Origin: an uncultured virus (IMG/VR IMGVR_UViG_3300032304_000757)
Lineage: Duplodnaviria > Heunggongvirae > Uroviricota > Caudoviricetes
Strand: one strand, 5' to 3'
IMG/VR virus record: IMGVR_UViG_3300032304_000757
DNA: 64,000 nt
Positions 1 to 7,897 of this stretch are shown piece after piece. A model generated the notes under the pieces. It saw only the letters and a list, made by a program, of their open reading frames with translations, made no database searches and was not told the origin of the DNA. A program made the position numbers and the translations under genes. Each line of letters opens with the position of its first letter. The first letter of the stretch is position 1.

Positions 1-50
1 AAAATCTGCCGCCGAAAGGCATACGGGTTCGAGTCCCGTCTCTCGCACCA
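1..50 (+). tRNA. tRNA-Leu, 3' part (anticodon probably YAA; cut by window edge)
   Basis: Long variable arm GCC-GAAA-GGC, T-arm ACGGG-TTCGAGT-CCCGT, ends ACCA. Confidence 0.8.
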
Positions 51-51
51 T

Positions 52-126
52 ACCGCTTTAGTATAATGGATAATACAAAGAGCTTCTACCTCTTGAATAT
101 GGGTTCGATTCCTGTAGGCGGTGCCA
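52..126 (+). tRNA. tRNA-Arg(TCT)
   Basis: Acceptor ACCGCTT/AGGCGGT, anticodon arm AAGAG-CTTCTAC-CTCTT, TTCGA loop, CCA. Confidence 0.92.
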
Positions 127-135
127 GATATTAGG

Positions 136-163
136 TTGACAATAAAAAAATAGAGTATATAAT
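136..163 (+). promoter_or_regulatory. sigma70-type promoter
   Basis: TTGACA-16 nt-TATAAT just upstream of tRNA-Leu. Confidence 0.8.
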
Positions 164-171
164 ACATATAT

Positions 172-255
172 GCCCCGGTGGTGGAATGGTAGACACGTCG
201 GTCTTAGAAGCCGATGTCGCAAGGCGTGAGAGTTCGAGTCTCTCCTGGGGCACCA
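172..255 (+). tRNA. tRNA-Leu(TAG)
   Basis: Cloverleaf, anticodon arm TCGGT-CTTAGAA-GCCGA, long variable arm, ACCA end. Confidence 0.95.
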
Positions 256-262
256 AATAAAA

Positions 263-352
263 GGAATGGTCCCATAATGGTATTGGAGCGGATTGCTAAT
301 CCGTCGAGTGGTGAAAGCCGCTTTCTGGGTTCAAGTCCCAGTCATTCCGCCA
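263..352 (+). tRNA. tRNA-Ser(GCT)
   Basis: Cloverleaf, GCGGA-TTGCTAA-TCCGT, long variable arm, GCCA end. Confidence 0.95.
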
Positions 353-374
353 AGATTATTAAAAAAGGAAATAT

Positions 375-548
375 ATGAAACCAGGTCCAAATTATAGAAT
401 GTCGTCGTCAACTAAAGCAAGTCTAGCAATGAATCCTCTTAAAGATCCACATCAACAAGCTGCTTGGAAACGAGCAATGATTGATGCAGAATTGTGTGGT
501 TCTATTCAACCAAAGCGTGAAAAGCGTCCGCAAGGAAATACTCAGTAA
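375..548 (+). CDS. small hypothetical protein (57 aa, not in ORF track)
   Basis: AAGGA RBS, MKPGPNYRMS...GNTQ*, TAATG overlap with the next ORF. Confidence 0.75.
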   Translation: MKPGPNYRMSSSTKASLAMNPLKDPHQQAAWKRAMIDAELCGSIQPKREKRPQGNTQ

Positions 549-733
549 TGGCAGGCAAAGGTTCTAGACCACGTCCATTTACTGTGAGCCAAGAAGAATT
601 TGGCAATAGGTATGACACTATCTTTGGTAAAAAGAAAAAGACTGATGCTGAAAAGTTTGACGAAGCTATCATGAAAGACGAATATTACGATTTAGATAAG
701 GAAGATAAAAATGCAGATCAAAGCGGTAACTGA
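548..733 (+). CDS. hypothetical phage protein
   Basis: MAGKGSRPRP start, coupled to both neighbours. Confidence 0.75.
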   Translation: MAGKGSRPRPFTVSQEEFGNRYDTIFGKKKKTDAEKFDEAIMKDEYYDLDKEDKNADQSGN

Positions 734-887
734 AAACAAAGAATTTGGTAAGTGTGGTTGCGGTCGTTCACCTACTGGAAAGTGTATTGGTTGGCATGGT
801 CTTACTGAAGAAGACTTTCGAGAGCAACTAGCAATCTATGAAGCCAAACAAATTGACGATCTCAACAAAGGCAAATTGTCCGAGTAA
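711..887 (+). CDS. small CDGSH-like Cys/His metal- or Fe-S-binding protein (58 aa, not in ORF track)
   Basis: MQIKAVTENKEFGKCGCGRSPTGKCIGWHGL: C-x-C-x2-S-x4-C-x-G-x-H. Confidence 0.65.
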   Translation: MQIKAVTENKEFGKCGCGRSPTGKCIGWHGLTEEDFREQLAIYEAKQIDDLNKGKLSE

Positions 888-902
888 TATCTTCAAAAGA
901 TG

Positions 903-931
903 TTGACATTCTTGTTAAAGAGTGTTATACT
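903..931 (+). promoter_or_regulatory. sigma70-type promoter with extended -10
   Basis: TTGACA-17 nt-TATACT preceded by TGn. Confidence 0.85.
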
Positions 932-937
932 AGTTTT

Positions 938-1190
938 GTTGTGTAGCAATACACAACCGGTGATGTAAGAGGTAGATGAGGATAGACGCTGTTATCGCTT
1001 CATGCGATGACAAACTTAACTCCGGCAAACGTCTGAACAACGTTTCGTGCTTGAGTGCCCCGATTCTTAAAATCTGTCAATTGCTGATCGGAAATATTTA
1101 GGCCTTTGTAGCCTGTATATTGTACATTGTCAAAGGAATACTATTCCGTTGTCATTTGTCCGGTCTATTACTTGACCTTTTACTGATCCG
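938..1190 (+). ncRNA. putative structured ncRNA 1 (family unknown)
   Basis: No ORF; GCAA-capped hairpin 938-957; closing stems 965-973/1175-1183 and 981-987/1163-1169; internal hairpins. Confidence 0.65.
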
Positions 1191-1200
1191 TCATTATAAT
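1172..1200 (+). promoter_or_regulatory. possible sigma70-type promoter for rpoZ
   Basis: TTGACC-17 nt-TATAAT, overlapping the 3' strand of ncRNA 1. Confidence 0.55.
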
Positions 1201-1213
1201 TAAAGGACAAACC

Positions 1214-1444
1214 GTGGCTCGATATACATCAGAAAAAGCAGCAGAAATGGCAGGGGGCAGGTTTGACCTAGTACTCATGGCCAGTCAAAGAGCAAGAGAA
1301 CTAAAGAATGGTCATATTCAACGAGTAGAAGGCGAAGATGCCACTACTGTTGTTACAGCATTGAGAGAAATTGAAGCAGGCAAGTATACTAAAGAAGAAT
1401 GGATCAAATCTATTCCACACACAGAAAAAAGGAAATACAAATGA
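1214..1444 (+). CDS. rpoZ: RNA polymerase omega subunit homolog
   Basis: MARYTSE...RFDLVLMASQRAREL...ALREIEAG matches the omega pattern; GTG start with AAGGA RBS. Confidence 0.88.
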   Translation: MARYTSEKAAEMAGGRFDLVLMASQRARELKNGHIQRVEGEDATTVVTALREIEAGKYTKEEWIKSIPHTEKRKYK

Positions 1445-2013
1445 ATATCACGCTACGTAAGGCTAATGCCCTACAAAACAGTATCCTCGAAACAATTCGC
1501 GGAATCAAAATTGAAACTCAGATCGAAATCAGCGAGTTTCAAGATGCTGAGACAGTGTTGGTCGCAGCAAATCAAACATTGTTTGCCAATGACACTCGCC
1601 GTCAACAACTGTTGTTAGCACACTACAACATCAGAGGGTTGGTGGGTGCTGCCAACGCACAAAGCGGAATTGATCTTGCTTTGACCAAAGCTGCTTTCGT
1701 TGACAAGCGTATTGCTCAGTTGACAGAACTAGCCGATGGCAAGACTAGGATTGAAGCTGCGATTATCGCCGGTAAGCTGGACAAGATTCGCAACCGTAAG
1801 GAAGAAAGCCGTGCTAGTTTGTACGGTCGTGATGACACTGTGACTACTCCTGTTATGGTTGTAGAGCAGCTAGCTGGTGTTTTGGACGAGATTAAGAATC
1901 TCAAGAAGAACAAACAAAAGCTCAATGATGAAGTTCTTGAGTTGAATATCAAAACTGAGATTCCACTCAGTGATGAAACTGTTAAGTTACTTCAAGCAGA
2001 AGGCCTGATCTAA
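1441..2013 (+). CDS. helical/coiled-coil protein, possibly DIP1984 (DUF6847)-like
   Basis: ATGA overlap with the rpoZ stop; MNITLRKANALQ start and LNDEVLELNIKTEI end recall DIP1984-type termini. Confidence 0.6.
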   Translation: MNITLRKANALQNSILETIRGIKIETQIEISEFQDAETVLVAANQTLFANDTRRQQLLLAHYNIRGLVGAANAQSGIDLALTKAAFVDKRIAQLTELADGKTRIEAAIIAGKLDKIRNRKEESRASLYGRDDTVTTPVMVVEQLAGVLDEIKNLKKNKQKLNDEVLELNIKTEIPLSDETVKLLQAEGLI

Positions 2014-2017
2014 CAAA

Positions 2018-2219
2018 CCCCGTCTTACTCTTTTCTACGTTAATGAAAGAGCGTCCCTGAAACGAGAGAACAGGGGGTACACTAGGACCTGACCTTACAG
2101 TCCCTGTCTAGGGATCCTGAAAACAGCCTAGGGTGAGGACTAACACCTTTCCAGAAGAACAAATGTTATGGACGGAGTAACTGCCCAGTCTAGGGCTCAT
2201 GTGGTGTGAGTAGCTAGAC
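2018..2219 (+). ncRNA. putative structured ncRNA 2 (family unknown)
   Basis: ORF-free, GC-richer stretch with serial hairpins (2054-2076, 2108-2131, 2132-2147, 2188-2219) and long-range pair 2020-2025/2170-2175. Confidence 0.55.
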
Positions 2220-2333
2220 AACTTTAAAGAACAGATTGATTAGTGTATATACCGGCCGGCAAGCTGGAAGTACACAATTTGTGTTGCCGCACAAGAGACA
2301 CCATATCCGTCTTTCAGTCTGTTTCTTAAAGTT
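2220..2333 (+). ncRNA. putative structured ncRNA 3: four-way junction with kissing loops
   Basis: 20-bp closing stem (one mismatch), three hairpins, complementary loops CGGCAA and TTGCCG. Confidence 0.7.
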
Positions 2334-2344
2334 AAATAGTCTAT

Positions 2345-2420
2345 CGCGGGATGGAGAAGGTGGTATCTCGGAAGTCTCATAAGCTTCAGATCGTCGGTTC
2401 GACTCCGACTCCCGCAACCA
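2345..2420 (+). tRNA. tRNA-Met(CAT), initiator-like
   Basis: C1xA72 mismatch, A11-U24 pair, anticodon CAT, ACCA end. Confidence 0.9.
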
Positions 2421-2434
2421 ATATAAGAGAGAAT

Positions 2435-2617
2435 ATGAGTAAAGCAGAAGAGCAAGCAGCAGCAGATGCGGCAGTAGCAGAGTTTTTGTCCAATGGTGGG
2501 AAAATCACGCAATGTGAATACGGTAAGAGTGGAAGAGTAGAAGGCGAAACATATTCCATGTGGTCTAAGAAAAAACCGTCGACTAGCCCGCTAGCCAATC
2601 CACCGGAAGAAGAATAA
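2435..2617 (+). CDS. small hypothetical phage protein
   Basis: ATG downstream of the tRNA; AEFLSNGGKITQC motif. Confidence 0.75.
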   Translation: MSKAEEQAAADAAVAEFLSNGGKITQCEYGKSGRVEGETYSMWSKKKPSTSPLANPPEEE

Positions 2618-2627
2618 ATGATTTCAT

Positions 2628-2703
2628 GCGGGTGAAGTGTTTTTGGTTACACGTCTGCCTTCCAAGCAGAAATAGACGAGTTCGACTCTCGCCTCCCGCT
2701 CCA
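2628..2703 (+). tRNA. tRNA-Gly(TCC)
   Basis: TCTGC-CTTCCAA-GCAGA, T-arm, TCCA end. Confidence 0.93.
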
Positions 2704-2713
2704 TGTAACACGG

Positions 2714-2752
2714 CTCCTGCCTCTGAGTTATAAACTTATCGCAGGAGTTTTT
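2714..2752 (+). terminator. possible intrinsic terminator
   Basis: CTCCTGC...GCAGGAG followed by a T-run. Confidence 0.5.
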
Positions 2753-2754
2753 CT

Positions 2755-3333
2755 ATGATACCAGTAATTGATCAAAACGATACATTTAAAAAATTTGATT
2801 TTAGTTCTGTAATATCCCGTCAGGATAACGACATCGCCATAGGCATTATTAGAAATATTATTGCTGACGGGGATTACTTTACCAATAGCCCTAAGTATCA
2901 AACTAAAGAAAACATCTTTGCTAGACCGGAAGATATATGGTTAAAATACCGTATGAGCTTTCTGTTCTCTGTGTTTATGTATTTAGGTCGCGAGGCCAAG
3001 GTTGCTAACATGATGGCTTGGAGTTTTATGACCAATCTTGAGAGTGCCGAAGATCGTGAAAAACTTTGGCATCATCATTGGCATCCTACTCATGAAGGTG
3101 CTAAAATGCTCAGCGGAGTTTTTTATCTTCATATACCCGATGATGTTAAAGATAGAGATTACTGCGGCACAGAAATGGCACCAGCGGGGCCATCTAACGA
3201 AGATAAGTTCTTTGTAAGACCTACAGATTTTAGTTGGTTAATATATCCTAGTAATCAATGGCACCGTCCTGGTATTGTTCAAAGCAACAACTATCGGTTT
3301 GTCTTGGCTGCGGATATTGAATATACCCTTTGA
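2755..3333 (+). CDS. putative Fe(II)/2OG oxygenase-fold protein
   Basis: WHHH...SGVFYL...YPS..WH...R pattern. Confidence 0.7.
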   Translation: MIPVIDQNDTFKKFDFSSVISRQDNDIAIGIIRNIIADGDYFTNSPKYQTKENIFARPEDIWLKYRMSFLFSVFMYLGREAKVANMMAWSFMTNLESAEDREKLWHHHWHPTHEGAKMLSGVFYLHIPDDVKDRDYCGTEMAPAGPSNEDKFFVRPTDFSWLIYPSNQWHRPGIVQSNNYRFVLAADIEYTL

Positions 3334-3358
3334 CAGTACACCTTTTTAGTTATATAAT
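3330..3358 (+). promoter_or_regulatory. sigma70-type promoter
   Basis: TTGACA-17 nt-TATAAT. Confidence 0.9.
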
Positions 3359-3385
3359 AGTAGTATAAAAGAAGAAACCCGCAAT

Positions 3386-3604
3386 ATGGCAAAAGATGAT
3401 TTAATTGAACTTACCGGAGTTGTTGATGAAGTTTTGCCGGGCAGTATGTATAGAGTAAAACTCGACAATGTGCCAAACATAATTACCTGTTATACAGGCG
3501 GAAAATTAAAACAACATAAGATTAAGATTATCTTAGGTGATCGTGTAAAGTTGGAAGTCAGTGCCTACGATCTTACCAAGGGTCGTATAACATATCGCTT
3601 GTAG
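3386..3604 (+). CDS. infA: translation initiation factor IF-1
   Basis: 72 aa, [33 protein letters not shown]. Confidence 0.97.
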   Translation: MAKDDLIELTGVVDEVLPGSMYRVKLDNVPNIITCYTGGKLKQHKIKIILGDRVKLEVSAYDLTKGRITYRL

Positions 3605-3613
3605 GAGATAAAG

Positions 3614-4186
3614 ATGAACCCATGGATACAAAATGTAGCACTTAGCGACATCCGTAAAGGCTTTCACATCGATGCGGGTCCAAATTCTATGCTGATCCAA
3701 ATCTGTGATCCGCCTGGCGATTTTCCAACTCCACTACACCAGTTTAAAGAAGTTCATCAATTCCAGTTTTTGGATGTTGAAGAAAAAGACGAAGTGTTGG
3801 AAGAAGCAATGAAGTGTAGTCAAGAGCAAGCCAATGAGCTTGTTCGCCTGTTACAACATGCTTTTGAAAATCGCATGAACGTTGTCGTTCACTGTCACGC
3901 AGGTGTTTGCCGTAGCGGTGCTGTCTGTGAGATTGGTGTTATGATGGGATTTCGCGATACTGAAGTGTTCCGTAGTCCTAACCTACTGGTCAAGCATCGT
4001 ATGATGCGAGCATTGGGATGGCTCTACGACGAGCAGGAACAGCATTCCATCAACGGAGTTACTCTGCCTTCCGGCATAGTTATTCCAACCAAGACTATAG
4101 ATTGGACCAACGACAACGAAAAAGTCTTTACACTAGCTCGAGCTCGTCGTGAGCGAAGAGAACAAGAAAGGAATGTAGAAAAATGA
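3614..4186 (+). CDS. protein-tyrosine/dual-specificity phosphatase-like protein
   Basis: VHCHAGVCRS (CX5R) motif. Confidence 0.85.
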   Translation: MNPWIQNVALSDIRKGFHIDAGPNSMLIQICDPPGDFPTPLHQFKEVHQFQFLDVEEKDEVLEEAMKCSQEQANELVRLLQHAFENRMNVVVHCHAGVCRSGAVCEIGVMMGFRDTEVFRSPNLLVKHRMMRALGWLYDEQEQHSINGVTLPSGIVIPTKTIDWTNDNEKVFTLARARRERREQERNVEK

Positions 4187-4344
4187 AAATTAAATTTAGC
4201 AAAGAAACAATGCCCGACGAACTGTATAATTCGCTACTACAGCATTTTGTAAATGAAGCAGTTGGGCTAGGAGTAGATGTAACCAAGCACACACGATTTG
4301 AAAATTGGGTCGTAGAGTGCGATGTAAAGGTTCCGTTACAATAA
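4183..4344 (+). CDS. small hypothetical protein (53 aa, not in ORF track)
   Basis: ATGA overlap; MKIKFSKETMPDELYN...VPLQ*. Confidence 0.7.
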   Translation: MKIKFSKETMPDELYNSLLQHFVNEAVGLGVDVTKHTRFENWVVECDVKVPLQ

Positions 4345-4353
4345 AGTTAACGG

Positions 4354-4382
4354 TTGACAAATTGAGCAGTTCCTAGTATAAT
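4354..4382 (+). promoter_or_regulatory. sigma70-type promoter
   Basis: TTGACA-17 nt-TATAAT. Confidence 0.9.
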
Positions 4383-4410
4383 AGACTATTAACTTAGAAA
4401 GGAGGGCAAG

Positions 4411-5016
4411 ATGCCTAGTGTATTTTTAGTCAGCGACACGCATTTCGGACATACCGGCGTCTGCCGCTTCACACGTAACGATGGTGTTACAAAGTTACGT
4501 CCCTGGGATGATGCCGACGAGATGGATGAAGCTATGATCAAGGCTTGGAACGAAAGAGTCAAGCCCACTGACAAAGTCTACCACTTAGGTGATGTGGTTA
4601 TTAACCGCAAGGCGTTAGGAACATTACGTAGGTTAAACGGGGATAAAGTTTTAATCCGTGGTAACCACGATATTTTCCGTGATGATGAGTACCGTGAATA
4701 CTTCCGTGAATTACGTGCCTACCACGTAATGAACGGTATGATCTTAAGTCATATTCCGATTCACGAAGCTAGCTTAGGTCGTTTCGGTGTTAACATACAC
4801 GGTCACACTCACGCCAATCGTGTAATGAAGGCTCGTGGTGTTGATGCTAGAACAGGAGAAATCTTATACGGTGATGAGATCGATACTCGATACCATTGCG
4901 TGTGTGTAGAACAAACTCCAGACTTTGCTCCTATCTTATTTGAAGATGTGTTAAAGCGTATTTCGGAAGAAGGTGGGTGCGTGGGCTTCAAGGACGGAAA
5001 CGGTCCTACTATGTAA
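4411..5016 (+). CDS. calcineurin-like metallophosphoesterase
   Basis: DTHFGH, LGD, GNHD and HGHTH motifs. Confidence 0.93.
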   Translation: MPSVFLVSDTHFGHTGVCRFTRNDGVTKLRPWDDADEMDEAMIKAWNERVKPTDKVYHLGDVVINRKALGTLRRLNGDKVLIRGNHDIFRDDEYREYFRELRAYHVMNGMILSHIPIHEASLGRFGVNIHGHTHANRVMKARGVDARTGEILYGDEIDTRYHCVCVEQTPDFAPILFEDVLKRISEEGGCVGFKDGNGPTM

Positions 5017-5020
5017 CACA

Positions 5021-5048
5021 ATAGGGCACTTCGGTGCCCTATTTTTTT
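5021..5048 (+). terminator. intrinsic terminator
   Basis: ATAGGGCAC-TTCG-GTGCCCTAT plus T-run. Confidence 0.9.
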
Positions 5049-5103
5049 GAGCCCAATAATCACTATCGATTAAAAGTAAAATAAAAGCTGTTAAATAATG
5101 ACT

Positions 5104-5733
5104 ATGAGCACAGACATTATTTTTTATCACAAATATTTAAATCTTCCATTTGATTTTCCTAGACCGAGCAGCTTCAATAAGCCCCCGGACGGTTATACCA
5201 TGCTGGTTAACAAAGATCAAATCTATCCTCCTTTCGAAGAATGGATTAATAGTCTTGGATTAAAAATTTCAAATGTATTAGAAGCGTTTTACACAAAACC
5301 CAACGGCGGCAGGGTGCCGTTACATTCTGATACTAGTTATATTCCAGGAACACACGATATATGTAAATTAAACTTTACTTGGGGACCATTAGACAGCACC
5401 ACACAATGGTATCGGATTAAAGATGAATCTAAATTAAAAAAATACCATTTCGGTGAAGGCGGCGCTAATAAAAAATTTTACGATGCGGGCATAGTACCCG
5501 ATATCGATATCGAGTACGTGCTATTTGCAGATTGGGAAGATGCCGAGTTAGTCTACGAAGCTGTCATAGATCGTCCTAGTCTACTTAATATTAGTCAACT
5601 ACATTCTACTTGGAATCCATCACCAACCGAGGACCGATGGACTTTATGTTTTACTCTATTAGAAAACGGCGAATTATTAACAGTCCAACGAGCCGCAGAA
5701 ATATTCAAAGATTATATATTGGAATCTAAATGA
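5104..5733 (+). CDS. putative Fe(II)/2OG oxygenase (cupin fold)
   Basis: LHSD...LHS..N...RW; TAAATA at 5092-5097 (alternative ATG at 5098). Confidence 0.65.
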   Translation: MSTDIIFYHKYLNLPFDFPRPSSFNKPPDGYTMLVNKDQIYPPFEEWINSLGLKISNVLEAFYTKPNGGRVPLHSDTSYIPGTHDICKLNFTWGPLDSTTQWYRIKDESKLKKYHFGEGGANKKFYDAGIVPDIDIEYVLFADWEDAELVYEAVIDRPSLLNISQLHSTWNPSPTEDRWTLCFTLLENGELLTVQRAAEIFKDYILESK

Positions 5734-6833
5734 AATATCAAGGATTGATGCCAAACATACAACAAGAAATTTCTACCCCGTTGCCGCGTTGGCAATACGG
5801 AGAAATATACAACGGGAAAAAGATAGTAGATCCGTTTATACATTTTGGTACATTTGTATTAGGTTATAAAAATGATGAAATTGTAGATTTTGTATCGGAC
5901 GTTGTTAAAAATAATAACCCGGAGTTAGGCGAGCCTATGGTGCCACCTGATTATACTCCTAAATTAAATCATATTAGTTTTGAGTTTTCAAACAGAATCT
6001 ATAATATGACCGGGATGAAATCTTTCTTTTCACTCAGCGGATCTGACGCAAATGAAGGAGCAATCAAACTGGCCAGCGCCTATCACTATCAAAAGGGTAA
6101 CTATCACAAAAAACATATTGTGGGATTTGAAAAAAGTTATCACGGCAGTACTTGGTTGACGATGAGTGTTGGGCATGATGCGTTTATGGACAAGCCGTTC
6201 TATACCATGGACCCTTATCAAAGTGTGATCCGTATACCTAGAGATTTTACAGACGATTCTGTCGACTGGAATTCAGTATCTGCTATAATGATAGAAACCT
6301 GTAGTTATTGTGATGCTCTAGTACCGCCATCATCAGAGTTTTGGGAAAGACTTGATAGAATAAGAACTGAGTACGATGTATTAATAATCGTTGACGACAT
6401 TTTTATGGGCGGTGGCAAGACTGGCGATTACGTAGGATGGAAAAAACTTTCTATTAGACCAGATATTTCTACAATGGGTAAAGCTATAACTGCCGGATTC
6501 TTTCCATTAAGTATGGTGTTGTATAATAAAAAAGTTGAAGATTCTCTTCCACCAAACTTTAAATGGGAACACGGATTCACTTATAACTTTAGCCTAGCAG
6601 GTATTGCTAGTGCTATGAAATATCTAGATATTATAGAACGAGAAAAATTATTTGAAAATCATGATCAACTAGTAAACACTGCTTCGTCTGTATTTACAGA
6701 ATGTGGATTTGATATTAAAAGCCGATTTGGTTTAAATTTTAAAATCGCCAACGATCAAACAAAACATTTTTACATAATTCCAGTAAATGCCACTGGGGAA
6801 TATTTTGATGTACTGAGAGAAAATTTAAAATGA
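5730..6833 (+). CDS. class III PLP-dependent aminotransferase
   Basis: SGSDANEGAIKLA, SYHGST, DDIFMGGGKTG, MGKAITAG. Confidence 0.9.
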   Translation: MKYQGLMPNIQQEISTPLPRWQYGEIYNGKKIVDPFIHFGTFVLGYKNDEIVDFVSDVVKNNNPELGEPMVPPDYTPKLNHISFEFSNRIYNMTGMKSFFSLSGSDANEGAIKLASAYHYQKGNYHKKHIVGFEKSYHGSTWLTMSVGHDAFMDKPFYTMDPYQSVIRIPRDFTDDSVDWNSVSAIMIETCSYCDALVPPSSEFWERLDRIRTEYDVLIIVDDIFMGGGKTGDYVGWKKLSIRPDISTMGKAITAGFFPLSMVLYNKKVEDSLPPNFKWEHGFTYNFSLAGIASAMKYLDIIEREKLFENHDQLVNTASSVFTECGFDIKSRFGLNFKIANDQTKHFYIIPVNATGEYFDVLRENLK

Positions 6834-7897
6834 TCTATACTGAATACGATCCGTTAGAAGAAGTTATTGTTGCCGATTCTTATGCTCCTGGAGATCTAGA
6901 TCATTTATTTCCAAATCAATCGCTTGACTCTTTCAATCGCATACTAGAAGAAACCAAAAAAGATTTTGACAATCTAGCAGACTTCCTTGCCAAGGGCGGT
7001 GTTAAAGTTTCCAGGCCAGAAGTTTTAAAATATCCCAGTCATATTTCTATGAGCGGATTTGATGTACGTTTCCCTATGGGACCTACTGTGCCTAGAGATC
7101 AATATAAGGTTCAAGGAAATACTATATTACAGACATACACAAGTTTAACTGATAGGTATTTTGACGGATTAAGTTTCTATAAAATATTTTCAGATTTATT
7201 TGCTCAAGGATATAATTGGGTAAGTCAGCCTGCGCCTGTGCTAGTTGATGTAACACCAGAAGACCTTTGGTATGTCAATGGTGGTCCATATCGATCAAAA
7301 TTAAAAGATAGATTACTATTCCATACAGCTACAATGTTTCCCTTAGGCGATAAAATTATCATTAATTCTAAAGGGCCGGGCAATGATTTAGGTTTTGAAT
7401 GGCTGAAAAGAAATCTTTCCGAGTTTACGTTTATTGAAAATCACGGAACTCGAGCTGATAACTTTGGTCATATAGATCACGGGTTTCTTATGATAGATGA
7501 CGAAACAGTTATACACGGCGGAATAGATTGGGTTCCTCTAGCCCTACGACATCTTAAATTGATCGATGTTGAACAGTATGTTCCTAAACCTAACACAGCA
7601 CAGTATAAAGAAGATTATTGTGCCGCCGGTGGTAGATATAATTTAGCCTGGGTTGATCAATATCTAAACAACTGGCGGGGATATAATCAGGATGTGTGTT
7701 TTGATCTAAATGTTTTAGTTATAGATCGTAATAACTTAATCTTTGCTAGGGCGTTACCAGAGTTGTTTAACTATCTAAAAACTTTTGGTATAGAATGCCA
7801 CGTCTGCGAACAGCGTCATATGTTATATTGGGAAGGCGGAATACATTGTTCTACGCTTGACATCAAACGCAAAGGCAATCTTAGATCTATAATCTAA
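6830..7897 (+). CDS. amidinotransferase (glycine/inosamine amidinotransferase family)
   Basis: YDPLEEVIV, PRD, GHID and GGIHCSTLD with the catalytic Cys. Confidence 0.88.
   Translation: MIYTEYDPLEEVIVADSYAPGDLDHLFPNQSLDSFNRILEETKKDFDNLADFLAKGGVKVSRPEVLKYPSHISMSGFDVRFPMGPTVPRDQYKVQGNTILQTYTSLTDRYFDGLSFYKIFSDLFAQGYNWVSQPAPVLVDVTPEDLWYVNGGPYRSKLKDRLLFHTATMFPLGDKIIINSKGPGNDLGFEWLKRNLSEFTFIENHGTRADNFGHIDHGFLMIDDETVIHGGIDWVPLALRHLKLIDVEQYVPKPNTAQYKEDYCAAGGRYNLAWVDQYLNNWRGYNQDVCFDLNVLVIDRNNLIFARALPELFNYLKTFGIECHVCEQRHMLYWEGGIHCSTLDIKRKGNLRSII

Noticed and set aside
938..1190. 6S RNA next to rpoZ
   Set aside because: The fold is multibranched rather than a rod with a central bubble; kept as an unknown RNA
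2214..2598. Track ORFs 2214-2417, 2240-2512, 2386-2598 and the 5' part of 2351-2617
   Set aside because: They overlap tRNA-Met and ncRNA 3; the plausible CDS starts at 2435
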